NCBI GenBank assembly: GCA_018672235.1 | Contig: JABHGE010000003.1 | Coordinates: forward strand, 3,699 to 67,698 | Direction: 5' to 3' | Source: Fidelibacterota bacterium | GTDB taxonomy: Bacteria > Fidelibacterota > Marinisomatia > Marinisomatales > Marinisomataceae | Length of the DNA: 64,000 bases | Shown: positions 19,284 to 29,296 of the stretch, piece after piece | Layout of the letters: each line of letters starts with the position of its first letter | Position numbering within the stretch: position 1 is the stretch's first letter | Translations under genes and position numbers: made by a program | The notes under the pieces: model-generated | The model's input: the letters and a program-made list of their open reading frames with translations, nothing else | Database searches by the model: none | What the model was told of the DNA's origin: nothing

Positions 19284-20723
19284 ATGAACAAACAACACTT
19301 AGATAAAATTATTTCGCTATGCAAGAGGAAAGGGTTTGTATTTCCTAACTCTGAAATCTATGGCGGACTTAAGGCTTCCTACGATTATGGACCTTTAGGC
19401 GTAGAGCTTAAAAAATTAATATCAGAGCTGTGGTGGAAAGAAATGACACAGTCTCATCAAAATATTGTAGGGCTTGATAGTGCAATCATGGTGCATCCAG
19501 AAGTATGGGAAGCTAGTGGACATATTGCAAATTTTAATGACCCAATGACCGACAATAAAGATAATAAAAAAAGATATCGCATAGATGATCTCCTATCTCG
19601 ACAAAAATCAAAAGTAATTGATGCTATTTGCAGTGAACTGAACATGAAAAATACTAAAAATGATGATATCTATAATGATATTGCACAAACCTTACTATCC
19701 AATGGATCTAAGTCTGATGGAGTTTTAGAAAGTGCTGGAGTTATTGATCCATATTCTGGTTCAATTGGAAAATGGACTAGTGCTGTACAATTCAATCTAA
19801 TGTTTAAAACAGACTCTGGCCCTTCTGAAAAAACAGGAAAAAGTATATACCTTAGACCTGAAACTGCGCAAGGAATTTTTATTAATTATTTATTGGTACA
19901 AAACACTATGAGATTAAAAGTGCCATTTGGTATTGCCCAAATTGGGAAAGCATTCCGTAATGAAATTGTAGCGAGAAATTTTATTTTTAGAACTAGAGAA
20001 TTTGAACAAATGGAGATGCAATACTTTGTACATCCATCAGAAGATGATATTAGTATGGAGCTATGGAAACAGAAACGATTAGATTTTTATTTAAACCATC
20101 TAGGTATTAAATCTGAAAATCTAAAATTTCACCAACACAATGAAGATGCACTAGCTCACTATGCAAAAGATGCATATGATATTGAATATAATTTCCCATT
20201 TGGATGGGGTGAGGTTGAAGGAATTCATAATAGAACAGATTTTGATCTTAAGCAGCATGAAAAATTTTCGGGTAAAAATATGACTTATTTTGATACAAAA
20301 TCTCAGGAGAAATATCATCCCTATATTATTGAAACTTCTACAGGATTAAACCGACTTTTTTTAATGGTCTTATGTGAATCATACTTTGAAGACGCTGAAA
20401 ATAATAGAGTGGTATTGCAACTACCTTATGATTTAGCTCCTATTAAAGCAGTGGTTTGTCCTTTAGTGAAAAAAGATGGGTTACCGGAAAAAGCAATGTC
20501 TGTATTTGATACACTAAATAAAGAATTCCCCTGCATATACGATGAACAGGGATCTATTGGGAAACGATATTACCGACAAGATGAAGCTGGAACTCCATTT
20601 GGAATTACACTTGATCATCAAACACTAGAAGATGAGTCTGTAACAATACGTGAGCGAGATTCAATGAAACAAACACGTGTCTCTATTGATAAAATCTCTG
20701 CTTTTATTCATGATAATAAATAG
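19284..20723 (+). CDS. glyQS: glycine--tRNA ligase (alpha2 dimeric type)
   Basis: 479 aa. The sequence GFVFPNSEIYGGL, LRPETAQGIF, GKAFRNEI and REFEQMEMQYF is typical of GlyQS. Confidence 0.9.
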   Translation: MNKQHLDKIISLCKRKGFVFPNSEIYGGLKASYDYGPLGVELKKLISELWWKEMTQSHQNIVGLDSAIMVHPEVWEASGHIANFNDPMTDNKDNKKRYRIDDLLSRQKSKVIDAICSELNMKNTKNDDIYNDIAQTLLSNGSKSDGVLESAGVIDPYSGSIGKWTSAVQFNLMFKTDSGPSEKTGKSIYLRPETAQGIFINYLLVQNTMRLKVPFGIAQIGKAFRNEIVARNFIFRTREFEQMEMQYFVHPSEDDISMELWKQKRLDFYLNHLGIKSENLKFHQHNEDALAHYAKDAYDIEYNFPFGWGEVEGIHNRTDFDLKQHEKFSGKNMTYFDTKSQEKYHPYIIETSTGLNRLFLMVLCESYFEDAENNRVVLQLPYDLAPIKAVVCPLVKKDGLPEKAMSVFDTLNKEFPCIYDEQGSIGKRYYRQDEAGTPFGITLDHQTLEDESVTIRERDSMKQTRVSIDKISAFIHDNK

Positions 20724-20735
20724 GAAGATTATAAT

Positions 20736-21464
20736 ATGAGATCTGCTAACCCTGCATTAAATAATAACACTTTTAGAAATACTAGACGGGTTGCTCAATC
20801 CGAGGCGATGACTATTGATGGAACAGTTAATAAAACTGCGCTAGGCCTACTGCTGCTTATGACGTCGGCTATCTATAGCTGGAATAATCCTGCAACAGCT
20901 TTGATGCTATTTTGGCCAATCACTATTTTTACTTTCATATTACTGATGATTACTATCTTTAATAAGAAAGCTGCACCATATACTGTGCCGCTTTATTGTC
21001 TTGCTGAAGGAGTAGTTCTTGGTGGTATATCTGCTATGGCAGACGCCATGTACCCTGGCATCGCTAATCAAGCTATTTTTTTAACATTTGGAATTTTAAT
21101 AGCTCTATTGCTGTTATATAAAAGCAAACTTATTGAGGTGACAGATAATTTTAGATTGGGTGTATTTTCTGCAACTTTTGGCATTTTAATTGTTTATGTC
21201 TTAAATATGATATTATCATTTTTCGGGGTCTCGTTTATGGGATCGCTCTTTGGAAATGGAACTACTGGTATTTTATTTTCATTATTTGTTATTGGAATCG
21301 CATCCATGAATTTAGTCTTAGATTTTGATTTTATAGAGAAGGGAGCAGCAAATGGTGCCCCTAAATATATGGAATGGTATGGTACATTTGGGTTAATGAT
21401 TACCTTAATTTGGCTCTATATTGAAATTCTAAATCTTCTGATGAAACTGCGTAGTAGAAGATAG
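20736..21464 (+). CDS. Bax-inhibitor-1/YccA-like membrane protein
   Basis: 242 aa. The N-terminal MRSANPALN... segment is followed by about 7 TM helices, an overall pattern like BI-1/YccA family proteins. This is recalled by pattern only. Confidence 0.55.
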   Translation: MRSANPALNNNTFRNTRRVAQSEAMTIDGTVNKTALGLLLLMTSAIYSWNNPATALMLFWPITIFTFILLMITIFNKKAAPYTVPLYCLAEGVVLGGISAMADAMYPGIANQAIFLTFGILIALLLLYKSKLIEVTDNFRLGVFSATFGILIVYVLNMILSFFGVSFMGSLFGNGTTGILFSLFVIGIASMNLVLDFDFIEKGAANGAPKYMEWYGTFGLMITLIWLYIEILNLLMKLRSRR

Positions 21465-21536
21465 CAATCCTTCCTCTTTAAAAGATTGACATTAAGCTCC
21501 TCTTACAACTAAGTTACATCAACTAAGGGTAAATTC

Positions 21537-21550
21537 ATCTCTATAGAGAT
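21537..21550. promoter_or_regulatory. perfect 14-bp palindrome upstream of the TonB-dependent receptor gene
   Basis: ATCTCTATAGAGAT lies 54 nt upstream of the ATG. It is downstream of TTGACA (21486-21491), an 18-bp spacer and TAAGTT. Confidence 0.3.
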
Positions 21551-21603
21551 AGAGGTGCGTACCAAATTTTTATTAATATGTACATAAAAAAAGGAAAAAA
21601 ACA

Positions 21604-24396
21604 ATGAGAAAGCTATATAATATGATAGCACTAGTTATGATATCCGGCTTTATGTTTGCACAAGGTTCAGTCTCAGGTACCGTGACTGACGGAGCAGGTA
21701 ATGCTCTTTTTGGTGCAAATGTAACAGTTGAAGGAACATCATCTGGTGCTGCAACAGCAGCCGACGGATCATATTCAGTCGACGGTGTTGAAGGTGGTTC
21801 GTTTACCGTAACCGCTTCATACATTGGATATGAATCTGCAAGTGTTTCTGTAAATGTAGATGGTTCTGCAACCGCAAACTTTTCACTAGCATCTAGTGCA
21901 GTTTCTGGTAATTTAATCTCAGTTCTTGGATCTCGTTTTGCAAGAAATGTAGACGAACAAGCAGTTCCAGTAGAAGTCATTACTGAGCTTGAAATTCGTG
22001 CATCTGGTTTCACAGAAACTAGTGAACTATTACAAGCATTAGTTCCATCATATAATTCGCCTAAAGGCTATATTACAGATGGTTCAGACCATATGAGACC
22101 TGCTACTTTACGTGGTATGGCGCCAAATCAGACTCTAGTACTAGTAAATGGTAAAAGACGTCATCAAGGTGCATTAGTACACGTAAATGGTTCAGTCGGT
22201 CGTGGTTCAACTCAGGTTGACTTGAACGCTATCCCAGCAAGTGCAATCGCTAAGATTGAGGTCTTGCGTGATGGTGCTGCGGCGAAATACGGTTCTGACG
22301 CTGTCGCAGGTGTTATTAATTTAATATTAAAAGAATCAGGTGGAGCAGACATGAGTATTACCTATGGTCAAAATTTTTCTTATTTTGATCGAGGTTATGC
22401 TGCAGGTGAAGGCTTATTACCTGGTCAAGATGACAGCTCATACGGTTGGGATCTTGATGGTGAAGGTTACAATGAAGGTACTGGATATTTGCCATATACC
22501 GCAGCTCGCGGATGGGCACGTTCAGGAAATGAAACTGTTTTAAAAACAGATGGAAGAAGTCTAGTTATTCACGCTGGTAACGGCATGGAAGTACTGGGCG
22601 GAAATCTATACATAAGTGGTCAAATTCGTGACGGTGGTCGTTCAAACCGTGCGGGTCTTGATCCAAGAAGACAGTATTTCGCTGGTATGGATGCAGAAGA
22701 AGCTGCATTTGACAGAGAAAATCATCGTATTGGTGCTGGTGAATTCGAGCAAGTAAGTATGATGTGGAATGGTAGTTTCCCTATGGAACGTGGCACTTTA
22801 TACACATTTGGTGGATTTAATACACGAAATGGTGAAAGTGGATGTTACTACAGAAGAGCACAAGATAACCGTACTCTTCGCGCATGGTATCCAGATGGAT
22901 TCTTACCTTTAATTAGCCCAGAACTTTCAGACAAATCTTTTGCAGTTGGAATGAAAGGTCTTATGGGAGACTATGCTTACGATCTAAGTGTTAACACTGG
23001 ATCAAATGATTTTAAATGGAGAATGACAAATAGTCATAATGCAACTTATGGTACTGGACCAGGACAACAGTCTGAGTTTGACCTAGGAACATTAGGCTAT
23101 TCTCAAACTACCGTTAATTTTGACTTAACAAAACAAGTGGAAATGGATGGATTTGCTGGACCAGTAAGTCTTGCTATGGGTGCTGAAATGCGTATGGAAA
23201 ACTATACTATTGAAGCCGGTGAAGAAGCAGGTTATGCTGACGGCGGTTTTGATGTATTAGATGGTCCAAATGCAGGAGCTGGTGCCGCAGTTGGTTGTCA
23301 ATGTTTACCAGGATTATCTCCTACAAATGAGCAAGATCGTGACAGAGATGCGGTTAGTGTCTATGTTGATGCTGAAGCAGACGTTCTTGAAAACTTATTA
23401 GTAAACGTTGCGTTAAGAACAGAAAATTATAGCGATTTTGGAGCAACAACTAATGGTAAAGTTGCTGTAAGATATGAGATACAAGATGGTGTAGCTGCTA
23501 GAGGTTCGTTTAGCACAGGATTTAGAGCACCGGCTTTACAAGAAGCTTATTTCTCATCTATTGCAACTAACTTTATCGATGGAATACCTTACGAAGTAGG
23601 AACTTTTCCAAACGATTCAGAACCAGCTATCGCTCTAGGAGCAAAAGACCTTGAGCCAGAAACATCAACAAACCTTTCAATGGGTATGACTTATAAAGAT
23701 GATACCTTCACTTTAGCAGTAGATGCTTATCAAATTAAAGTAGATGATCGTATTACTATGAGTGAAACATTTAATGGTTCAGGTGCTACTTCTGATATGG
23801 CAACATTCTTTGCTGACAGAAATATCCCTGCAGTTGGTGGTAGATACTTCTTTAATGGAATTAATACTGAAACAAACGGTTTAGACATAGTTGCGACTAT
23901 GACTCAAGACCTTTCAAATGGTTCACTGCTATTAAAAGCAGCTATGAACTTTAACGATACTGAAGTTACAAACAAGGGCGACCTAGTAACTCCATCAGAA
24001 TTAGCTGACTACACAACAGATGAGTTGTTAGGCCGTGCTAATACTGTTAGATTTGAAAGCTCATCTCCTGCAGAGATGTTCCAATTCTCAGCAAGAGTTC
24101 AAAGACCAACTTCAACATGGATGGTTAAAATGAATCGTTGGGGTGAAGTAACAATTCCTTCAGGAACTGTTGAAAGAGAACAAGTATTAAGTGGAAAATG
24201 GACTACAGACATGGAATACTCATTCCAAGCAACTAGTCAAGTACGTGTTTCATTTGGTATGAATAATGTTTTCGATGTTTACCCAGACAAAACAGTTAAA
24301 AGAAATAGTTTCAATGGAATATTCCAGCATTCTGGATATAGTCCATTTGGATTTAACGGACGTTACGTATACACTCGTTTAGATATGACTCTATAA
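21604..24396 (+). CDS. TonB-dependent outer-membrane receptor with carboxypeptidase-regulatory-like N-domain
   Basis: 930 aa with a signal peptide (MFAQG). The N-terminal domain reads SVSGTVTDGAGNALFGANVTVEG...SYIGYES (CarboxypepD_reg-like). Plug motifs are NQTLVLVNGKRR and IEVLRDGAAAKYGSDAVAGVINLILK. The beta-barrel ends in an aromatic-rich C-terminus (YVYTRLDMTL). Confidence 0.87.
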   Translation: MRKLYNMIALVMISGFMFAQGSVSGTVTDGAGNALFGANVTVEGTSSGAATAADGSYSVDGVEGGSFTVTASYIGYESASVSVNVDGSATANFSLASSAVSGNLISVLGSRFARNVDEQAVPVEVITELEIRASGFTETSELLQALVPSYNSPKGYITDGSDHMRPATLRGMAPNQTLVLVNGKRRHQGALVHVNGSVGRGSTQVDLNAIPASAIAKIEVLRDGAAAKYGSDAVAGVINLILKESGGADMSITYGQNFSYFDRGYAAGEGLLPGQDDSSYGWDLDGEGYNEGTGYLPYTAARGWARSGNETVLKTDGRSLVIHAGNGMEVLGGNLYISGQIRDGGRSNRAGLDPRRQYFAGMDAEEAAFDRENHRIGAGEFEQVSMMWNGSFPMERGTLYTFGGFNTRNGESGCYYRRAQDNRTLRAWYPDGFLPLISPELSDKSFAVGMKGLMGDYAYDLSVNTGSNDFKWRMTNSHNATYGTGPGQQSEFDLGTLGYSQTTVNFDLTKQVEMDGFAGPVSLAMGAEMRMENYTIEAGEEAGYADGGFDVLDGPNAGAGAAVGCQCLPGLSPTNEQDRDRDAVSVYVDAEADVLENLLVNVALRTENYSDFGATTNGKVAVRYEIQDGVAARGSFSTGFRAPALQEAYFSSIATNFIDGIPYEVGTFPNDSEPAIALGAKDLEPETSTNLSMGMTYKDDTFTLAVDAYQIKVDDRITMSETFNGSGATSDMATFFADRNIPAVGGRYFFNGINTETNGLDIVATMTQDLSNGSLLLKAAMNFNDTEVTNKGDLVTPSELADYTTDELLGRANTVRFESSSPAEMFQFSARVQRPTSTWMVKMNRWGEVTIPSGTVEREQVLSGKWTTDMEYSFQATSQVRVSFGMNNVFDVYPDKTVKRNSFNGIFQHSGYSPFGFNGRYVYTRLDMTL

Positions 24397-24424
24397 TTAA
24401 TACCGTTACATAACTGAATAAAAT

Positions 24425-24458
24425 AAAAAGCCTCTATTTTTTGTAGAGGCTTTTTATT
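24425..24458 (+). terminator. rho-independent terminator after the TBDR gene
   Basis: AAAAAGCCTCTA pairs with TAGAGGCTTTTT around a 7-nt loop. A T-tract follows. Confidence 0.78.
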
Positions 24459-24470
24459 ATCTTTCATATC

Positions 24471-26261
24471 ATGAGAATAGACTACACCATACTAACATCA
24501 ATCTTGTTACTATTTTTCAGTTGCAATACACCTGAAAATTCAAAAGGTGGGGTTTCTTCTACGTCAAGTATTGCATCGCAAGTAGGGATTGATATTTTAG
24601 AACAAGGTGGAAATGCTTTTGACGCAATTGTAGCAACAGGGTTTACTCTAGCAGTAACCTCTCCTTCTAATGGAAATCTGGGTGGTGGTGGATTTCTAGT
24701 AGCACAGACTTCAGATGGAGAAAAAATTAGTTTAGATTTTCGCGAAGAAGCGCCTGCATTATCTTATGAAACTATGTTTCTTGATGAAAATCAAGAATAT
24801 AGTCGTGATCTTGCTCTTAATTCTCATAAATCATCTGGTGTGCCAGGAACTGTCAATGGTTTAATACAAATTTTTAATGATTATGGCTCAGGAAAATTTA
24901 CATTAGAAGAGCTATTAGTGCCTGCAATTTTCTATGCTGAAAATGGTCATCGCATTAATGCGGAAGCTGCACAAGGATTTGATTCATATAAAGCTTTATT
25001 TCTTAACGATGAAGGCTCAACAAAGATTTTTGTAAAAAATGTAGATGATACCATTCTAAACATTCAGAAAGCATTTCAAGATGGAAAGCTATCTCAAGAA
25101 GACTATACCAAACAATTAGCATCAATTGACGAGTGGTTACCAGGAGACTTATTAGTACAAACAGACTTAGCTAATACACTAAAACGTATTGCCAAATATG
25201 GTAATGCTGGATTTTATGATGGCGAAACTGCAGAGTTGATTATTAGGGAGATGGATTTAAATGATGGATTCATTACCAAGGAAGATTTACTGAGCTACAA
25301 ATCTATTTACAGGGATCCTATAGTCGGAACATATAGAGGTAATAAAATTATTTCTATGGGACCCCCAAGCTCAGGCGGAGCTTTATTAGTGCAGATGCTC
25401 AATATGTTAGAAAATTTTGATATTAAATCTATGGAAAGAAACTCGACAGAGTTTGTACATCTTTTAACGGAAGTACAACGATTAGCTTATGCGGATAGAG
25501 CAATACACTTAGGAGATCCAGATTTTTGGCCTAATCCGATACCAATGCTTACATCAAAAACATATGCAAAAGAACGCTTGGCGTTAATCTCTATGGATTC
25601 AGCGACGCGTAGTACAGAAATTGCTGCTGGGAAGAATCTTCCACAAGAAAGCATAGAGACAACACACTATTCTGTTATGGACAAAGAAGGCAACGTTGTG
25701 GGTATTACCACTACTCTTAATATGAGCTATGGTAGTAAAAAAGTAGTCGATGGCGCTGGATTCTTGTTAAATAATGAAATGGATGATTTTTCATCAAAAC
25801 CAGGAACAGCTAACGCTTTTGGTTTGGTAGGATACAAAGCAAATGCCATTCAACCATTTAAACGACCATTAAGCTCTATGAGCCCTACATTAGTTATTGA
25901 TACCAATGGGAACCCTATAGTAACAATAGGAGCTGCTGGTGGCTCAAGAATTATTACTGCAGTATTACAGAACATAATAAGTATAGTAGATCATGGATTG
26001 AATATACAAGAAGCTATTGATTTTCCAAGAACACACTCTCAATGGTTGCCAGATAATCTCCGATATGAAAAAGGTGCATTAACTCAGCAAACGATTAATG
26101 AGCTAGAAGAATTAAATCATCTTTTTGAGCATGATGGTGTTACAGAAAATGGGCTATACGGTATAGCGCAGACTCATGGTGTACATTTTAAAAATAAACA
26201 ATTTATAACCGGCTTTGATAAACGAGGATCATACGATGAAAATGAAGGCATTACATATTAA
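24471..26261 (+). CDS. ggt: gamma-glutamyltransferase
   Basis: 596 aa with a signal or lipoprotein-like N-terminus (LLLFFSC). It has the autoprocessing and nucleophile context ETTHYSVMDKEGN, plus PSSGG, NNEMDDF and PLSSMSPT motifs. Confidence 0.9.
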   Translation: MRIDYTILTSILLLFFSCNTPENSKGGVSSTSSIASQVGIDILEQGGNAFDAIVATGFTLAVTSPSNGNLGGGGFLVAQTSDGEKISLDFREEAPALSYETMFLDENQEYSRDLALNSHKSSGVPGTVNGLIQIFNDYGSGKFTLEELLVPAIFYAENGHRINAEAAQGFDSYKALFLNDEGSTKIFVKNVDDTILNIQKAFQDGKLSQEDYTKQLASIDEWLPGDLLVQTDLANTLKRIAKYGNAGFYDGETAELIIREMDLNDGFITKEDLLSYKSIYRDPIVGTYRGNKIISMGPPSSGGALLVQMLNMLENFDIKSMERNSTEFVHLLTEVQRLAYADRAIHLGDPDFWPNPIPMLTSKTYAKERLALISMDSATRSTEIAAGKNLPQESIETTHYSVMDKEGNVVGITTTLNMSYGSKKVVDGAGFLLNNEMDDFSSKPGTANAFGLVGYKANAIQPFKRPLSSMSPTLVIDTNGNPIVTIGAAGGSRIITAVLQNIISIVDHGLNIQEAIDFPRTHSQWLPDNLRYEKGALTQQTINELEELNHLFEHDGVTENGLYGIAQTHGVHFKNKQFITGFDKRGSYDENEGITY

Positions 26262-27192
26262 CAAACTATTGATTTTAACATTATTTTTTGTAATCAGTTG
26301 CGGTGGAAATAATCGTGCAACACAATCTACAGTTCCAATTCCTGTTGTAGTATATACCCCAGGCGACCTAGTATCAGACGGACAAGGCTATATTCAATAT
26401 AGAGTAGGAAATACTCCTGTTATTATCACTGTACCTCATGATGGAACGCTAGTCCCTTCTAATATGGCAGACAGAATAGGAGATGTAGAACGTGCAGTGA
26501 ATACCAGAAAAGTTGCAGAGCAATTTGCAGTATTCTTTAATGCAAACTCTAATGGCCTTTTTCCCCATATCATTTATAACAATGTAAGTCGTACAAAATT
26601 AGATCCCGATGCCAATCTAATGGATGGTGCGCAAGGAAATAGTTATGCCAACCTTTCGTATGGTACATATCATAGCTACTTACAAACAGCAATTGATTCT
26701 GTTGAAGCAAACTTTGATTCAGGGATATTATTAAATCTAGTTGAACATGATAATGCAACACAACAATTTGAACTTGGTTATCTACTTTCAGAGAGCGAGT
26801 TGAATTTATCCGATGCAGAACTTAATAATGGTTATAGTACTCTATCTAGCATCAGCCAATTATCTTCTATTTCTGCAGCAACATTTTCAGAGGTATTAAG
26901 AGGATATAGCAGTTTTGGAAATTTCTTATTTGCAGCATCCTATAATGGTTCTTCTTACCAAGTAGTGCCAAATCTGGACAATCCAAATGCTCCTTCAGGT
27001 GGATATACTTCAGGGGGTTTTACTTTAACAACTTACGGTAAAGAGCGATTGGGTAAAATTAATGCTATTGAAGTAGCAACTCCATATTCTGGGTTTAGAG
27101 ATAATGCTAATGCTTATCGTGCAGTGGGAGTTGTTCTCGAAGATGCAACTTACAGATTTTATCAAGAACAGATTGGTATATCTATATACTAA
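26236..27192 (+). CDS. lipoprotein of unknown function, possibly N-formylglutamate-amidohydrolase (FGase)-fold hydrolase
   Basis: The start was set at MKMKAL (26236), which overlaps the ggt end. It has lipobox FVISC-GG. ITVPHDGTLVP and NLVEHDN resemble the metal-ligand strings of the FGase / gamma-glutamyl hydrolase-like fold. This is tentative and motif-level only. Confidence 0.45.
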   Translation: MKMKALHINKLLILTLFFVISCGGNNRATQSTVPIPVVVYTPGDLVSDGQGYIQYRVGNTPVIITVPHDGTLVPSNMADRIGDVERAVNTRKVAEQFAVFFNANSNGLFPHIIYNNVSRTKLDPDANLMDGAQGNSYANLSYGTYHSYLQTAIDSVEANFDSGILLNLVEHDNATQQFELGYLLSESELNLSDAELNNGYSTLSSISQLSSISAATFSEVLRGYSSFGNFLFAASYNGSSYQVVPNLDNPNAPSGGYTSGGFTLTTYGKERLGKINAIEVATPYSGFRDNANAYRAVGVVLEDATYRFYQEQIGISIY

Positions 27193-27210
27193 TATAGTAG
27201 TATAAAAAAA

Positions 27211-28311
27211 TTATTTTAGTGCATTGGCTTTGTTAAGATACTCTGTAGCATCTTCTAATCTACCTTCACCAAAATAGGTACGATATACACCATAATAGTA
27301 TTGTGCGTTATTTGGATCAGAATCAATTAACTCTAGATAATAAGTTCTAGATTTTCTCCATCTCTCTGCTTGCTCAAGTGCTTTTGCAAGCCCCAATAAA
27401 GCTTCTTTATCATCAGGAGCTAAAAAATATGCTTCTTCAAAGTTATATTCCGCTTCTTCAAATTCATTCATTTTCAAATAAACTAAACCTCTATTAAAGA
27501 ATAAATCTATCTTTTCTTTATCGTCATTAGAATTTTCAATTGCTGCATTAAGATTTTTCAATGCAGGCTCAAATTTATCTTGTGCAAGATATAATGCACC
27601 TAAACTCTTCAATGCAGACACTTCAAGAGGATTAACTTCTAAGGCCCTTTCGTAATAACTTAAACCTTTATCAAATGCTCCTAAGCGTACTGAGCTTTGT
27701 CCAGCACTGACAAGCAATGCTAATTGGACATCTTTATCTATATCTGGCAATGCTAGTGCTTCATCAATATTTTTAAAGGCATTCTCTTTATCTCCTTTGA
27801 TCGAATAATAAAGTCCGAGCAATGCATATGAACCTGGCTGTGCCGGGTCTAGCTCTTTTGCTTGTGATAAAGTTTGAATTGCTTGATCTACTAAAGCATC
27901 TCGCTGTTCTTCCCCTGCCGCTCTATTTAATAGGGCTAAAAATCCTTGACCTCTATAATAGATTAAATTATAGCTTTTTGCTAGTGAGGCTGAAACAGCC
28001 TGTGACATTAATATTTTTTTATCATTTGGAGTAGGTCTAATTTTAGCACTTGCCACCGCAGTGCTAGCAATATCCATATATTCTTTTACTTTTGTCCACT
28101 CTTGAGTTCTAGGATAAATTTTATCTCCTAGATGAAATGCTGCTTCCCATTTATCTTTAGGGTGATTTAAAGCTTTCAACAAAAATTCTTTGGCTGCGTC
28201 CCATTCCCTATCTTTTAATCTGATTTTTGCAGATTCTAAATCTTGCCCAGCAAAAAGTGTAGAGACTAGTATTAGTGTAATAAAAAAGTTTTTTATAGCG
28301 TTTATAAACAT
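27211..28311 (-). CDS. secreted TPR-repeat protein
   Basis: 366 aa with a signal peptide. It has multiple TPR-like 34-aa repeats (A..Y..G..Y...G....A...F..AL.L.P pattern). Confidence 0.7.
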   Translation of the reverse strand: MFINAIKNFFITLILVSTLFAGQDLESAKIRLKDREWDAAKEFLLKALNHPKDKWEAAFHLGDKIYPRTQEWTKVKEYMDIASTAVASAKIRPTPNDKKILMSQAVSASLAKSYNLIYYRGQGFLALLNRAAGEEQRDALVDQAIQTLSQAKELDPAQPGSYALLGLYYSIKGDKENAFKNIDEALALPDIDKDVQLALLVSAGQSSVRLGAFDKGLSYYERALEVNPLEVSALKSLGALYLAQDKFEPALKNLNAAIENSNDDKEKIDLFFNRGLVYLKMNEFEEAEYNFEEAYFLAPDDKEALLGLAKALEQAERWRKSRTYYLELIDSDPNNAQYYYGVYRTYFGEGRLEDATEYLNKANALK

Positions 28312-28357
28312 ATATCCTCCATTTATAGGAACAAGTTAGTAGTATTATTATCAGATT

Positions 28358-29263
28358 TCAATAGGTAAGAGTAGATTTAACCCATTCTTTGCGTAATTGA
28401 TATTCTTTATCGGGCACACTGACAATACCTTCGTGTGCAATATCTTCAATACAAAAAGATGCCATTGTTGCTCCAGCTATCATAGCGTCTTCAATATTTT
28501 TACCAGCCATTTTAGATGAAAGCAATCCTCCCGCAAAAGCATCTCCTGCCCCTGTAGTATCCATAACAGTCTTAACGGGATATGCGCCTATAGAAAAATG
28601 AGTATTGCTATCAAAAAAAGAGGCTCCATCTTCTCCCTGCTTAATGATAAGACTATCTGTACCCATACTTAGTATACATTCTGCCATTTCTTTTAAAGTA
28701 GGGCTTGATAAACCAGATAGATACACAGCTTCATTATAATTGATGCATAATAAATTGGATTTAGAGATAATCTTCTTTAAATCGTCATTAGCTATATCCA
28801 TATACAATTTAAATGTATCCAATATAACAAAAGGAGATGACTCAATTTGATCTAAAATAGTAAGTTGCAAGCTAGGATGTGTGTTTCCTAGCAATAAATA
28901 TTCACACTTTTTAGCCTTTTCAGATAGAATAGGTTTATATTTTTCTGAAACTCCCGGATCTACATACAGTGTTTCTCTTTTAGAAAAATCATATGCATAT
29001 TCCCCTCCCCAAGCAAACGTTTTTCCTTTTTCTATTTTCAAATCATCTAAATCTATAGAATGACCCCCAAGAAGATCAAAGTGCTCTTTTGGAAAATCAC
29101 TTCCTACCATCCCAACCAATTGGCATTCTTTTTGCTTAGTAGCTAGTAAGGCGTAAGAAGCGGATCCCCCTAGTACATCGGGATATGTTCCATATCTATT
29201 AACTATCTTATCGATACTTAATGAGCCAAAGACAAGTGCTTTATGTGAGTAATTTGAAGTCAT
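28358..29263 (-). CDS. PfkB-family carbohydrate/nucleoside kinase
   Basis: The start was set at MTSNYSHK (29263). The upstream part of the ORF is low-complexity and overlaps mnmA. The PfkB signature DTTGAGDAFAGG is present. Confidence 0.8.
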   Translation of the reverse strand: MTSNYSHKALVFGSLSIDKIVNRYGTYPDVLGGSASYALLATKQKECQLVGMVGSDFPKEHFDLLGGHSIDLDDLKIEKGKTFAWGGEYAYDFSKRETLYVDPGVSEKYKPILSEKAKKCEYLLLGNTHPSLQLTILDQIESSPFVILDTFKLYMDIANDDLKKIISKSNLLCINYNEAVYLSGLSSPTLKEMAECILSMGTDSLIIKQGEDGASFFDSNTHFSIGAYPVKTVMDTTGAGDAFAGGLLSSKMAGKNIEDAMIAGATMASFCIEDIAHEGIVSVPDKEYQLRKEWVKSTLTY

Positions 29264-29296
29264 AATTTTTTTTATTAAGATAACAATGTAAACTAA

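Noticed and set aside
21573-22013. 146-aa ORF antisense to the 5' end of the TonB-dependent receptor gene
   Set aside because: It lies entirely inside the locally GC-richer TBDR gene, where stop codons are rare on the opposite strand. It is low-complexity (P/S/T/A-rich), has no start context and no recognisable family.
21604-27192. Horizontally acquired genomic island (raised GC)
   Set aside because: No flanking tRNA, integrase, direct repeats or mobility genes are present. A/T-ending codons still predominate, so amino-acid composition or expression level explains the GC shift better. A proper GC3 and phylogeny test is listed in the findings.
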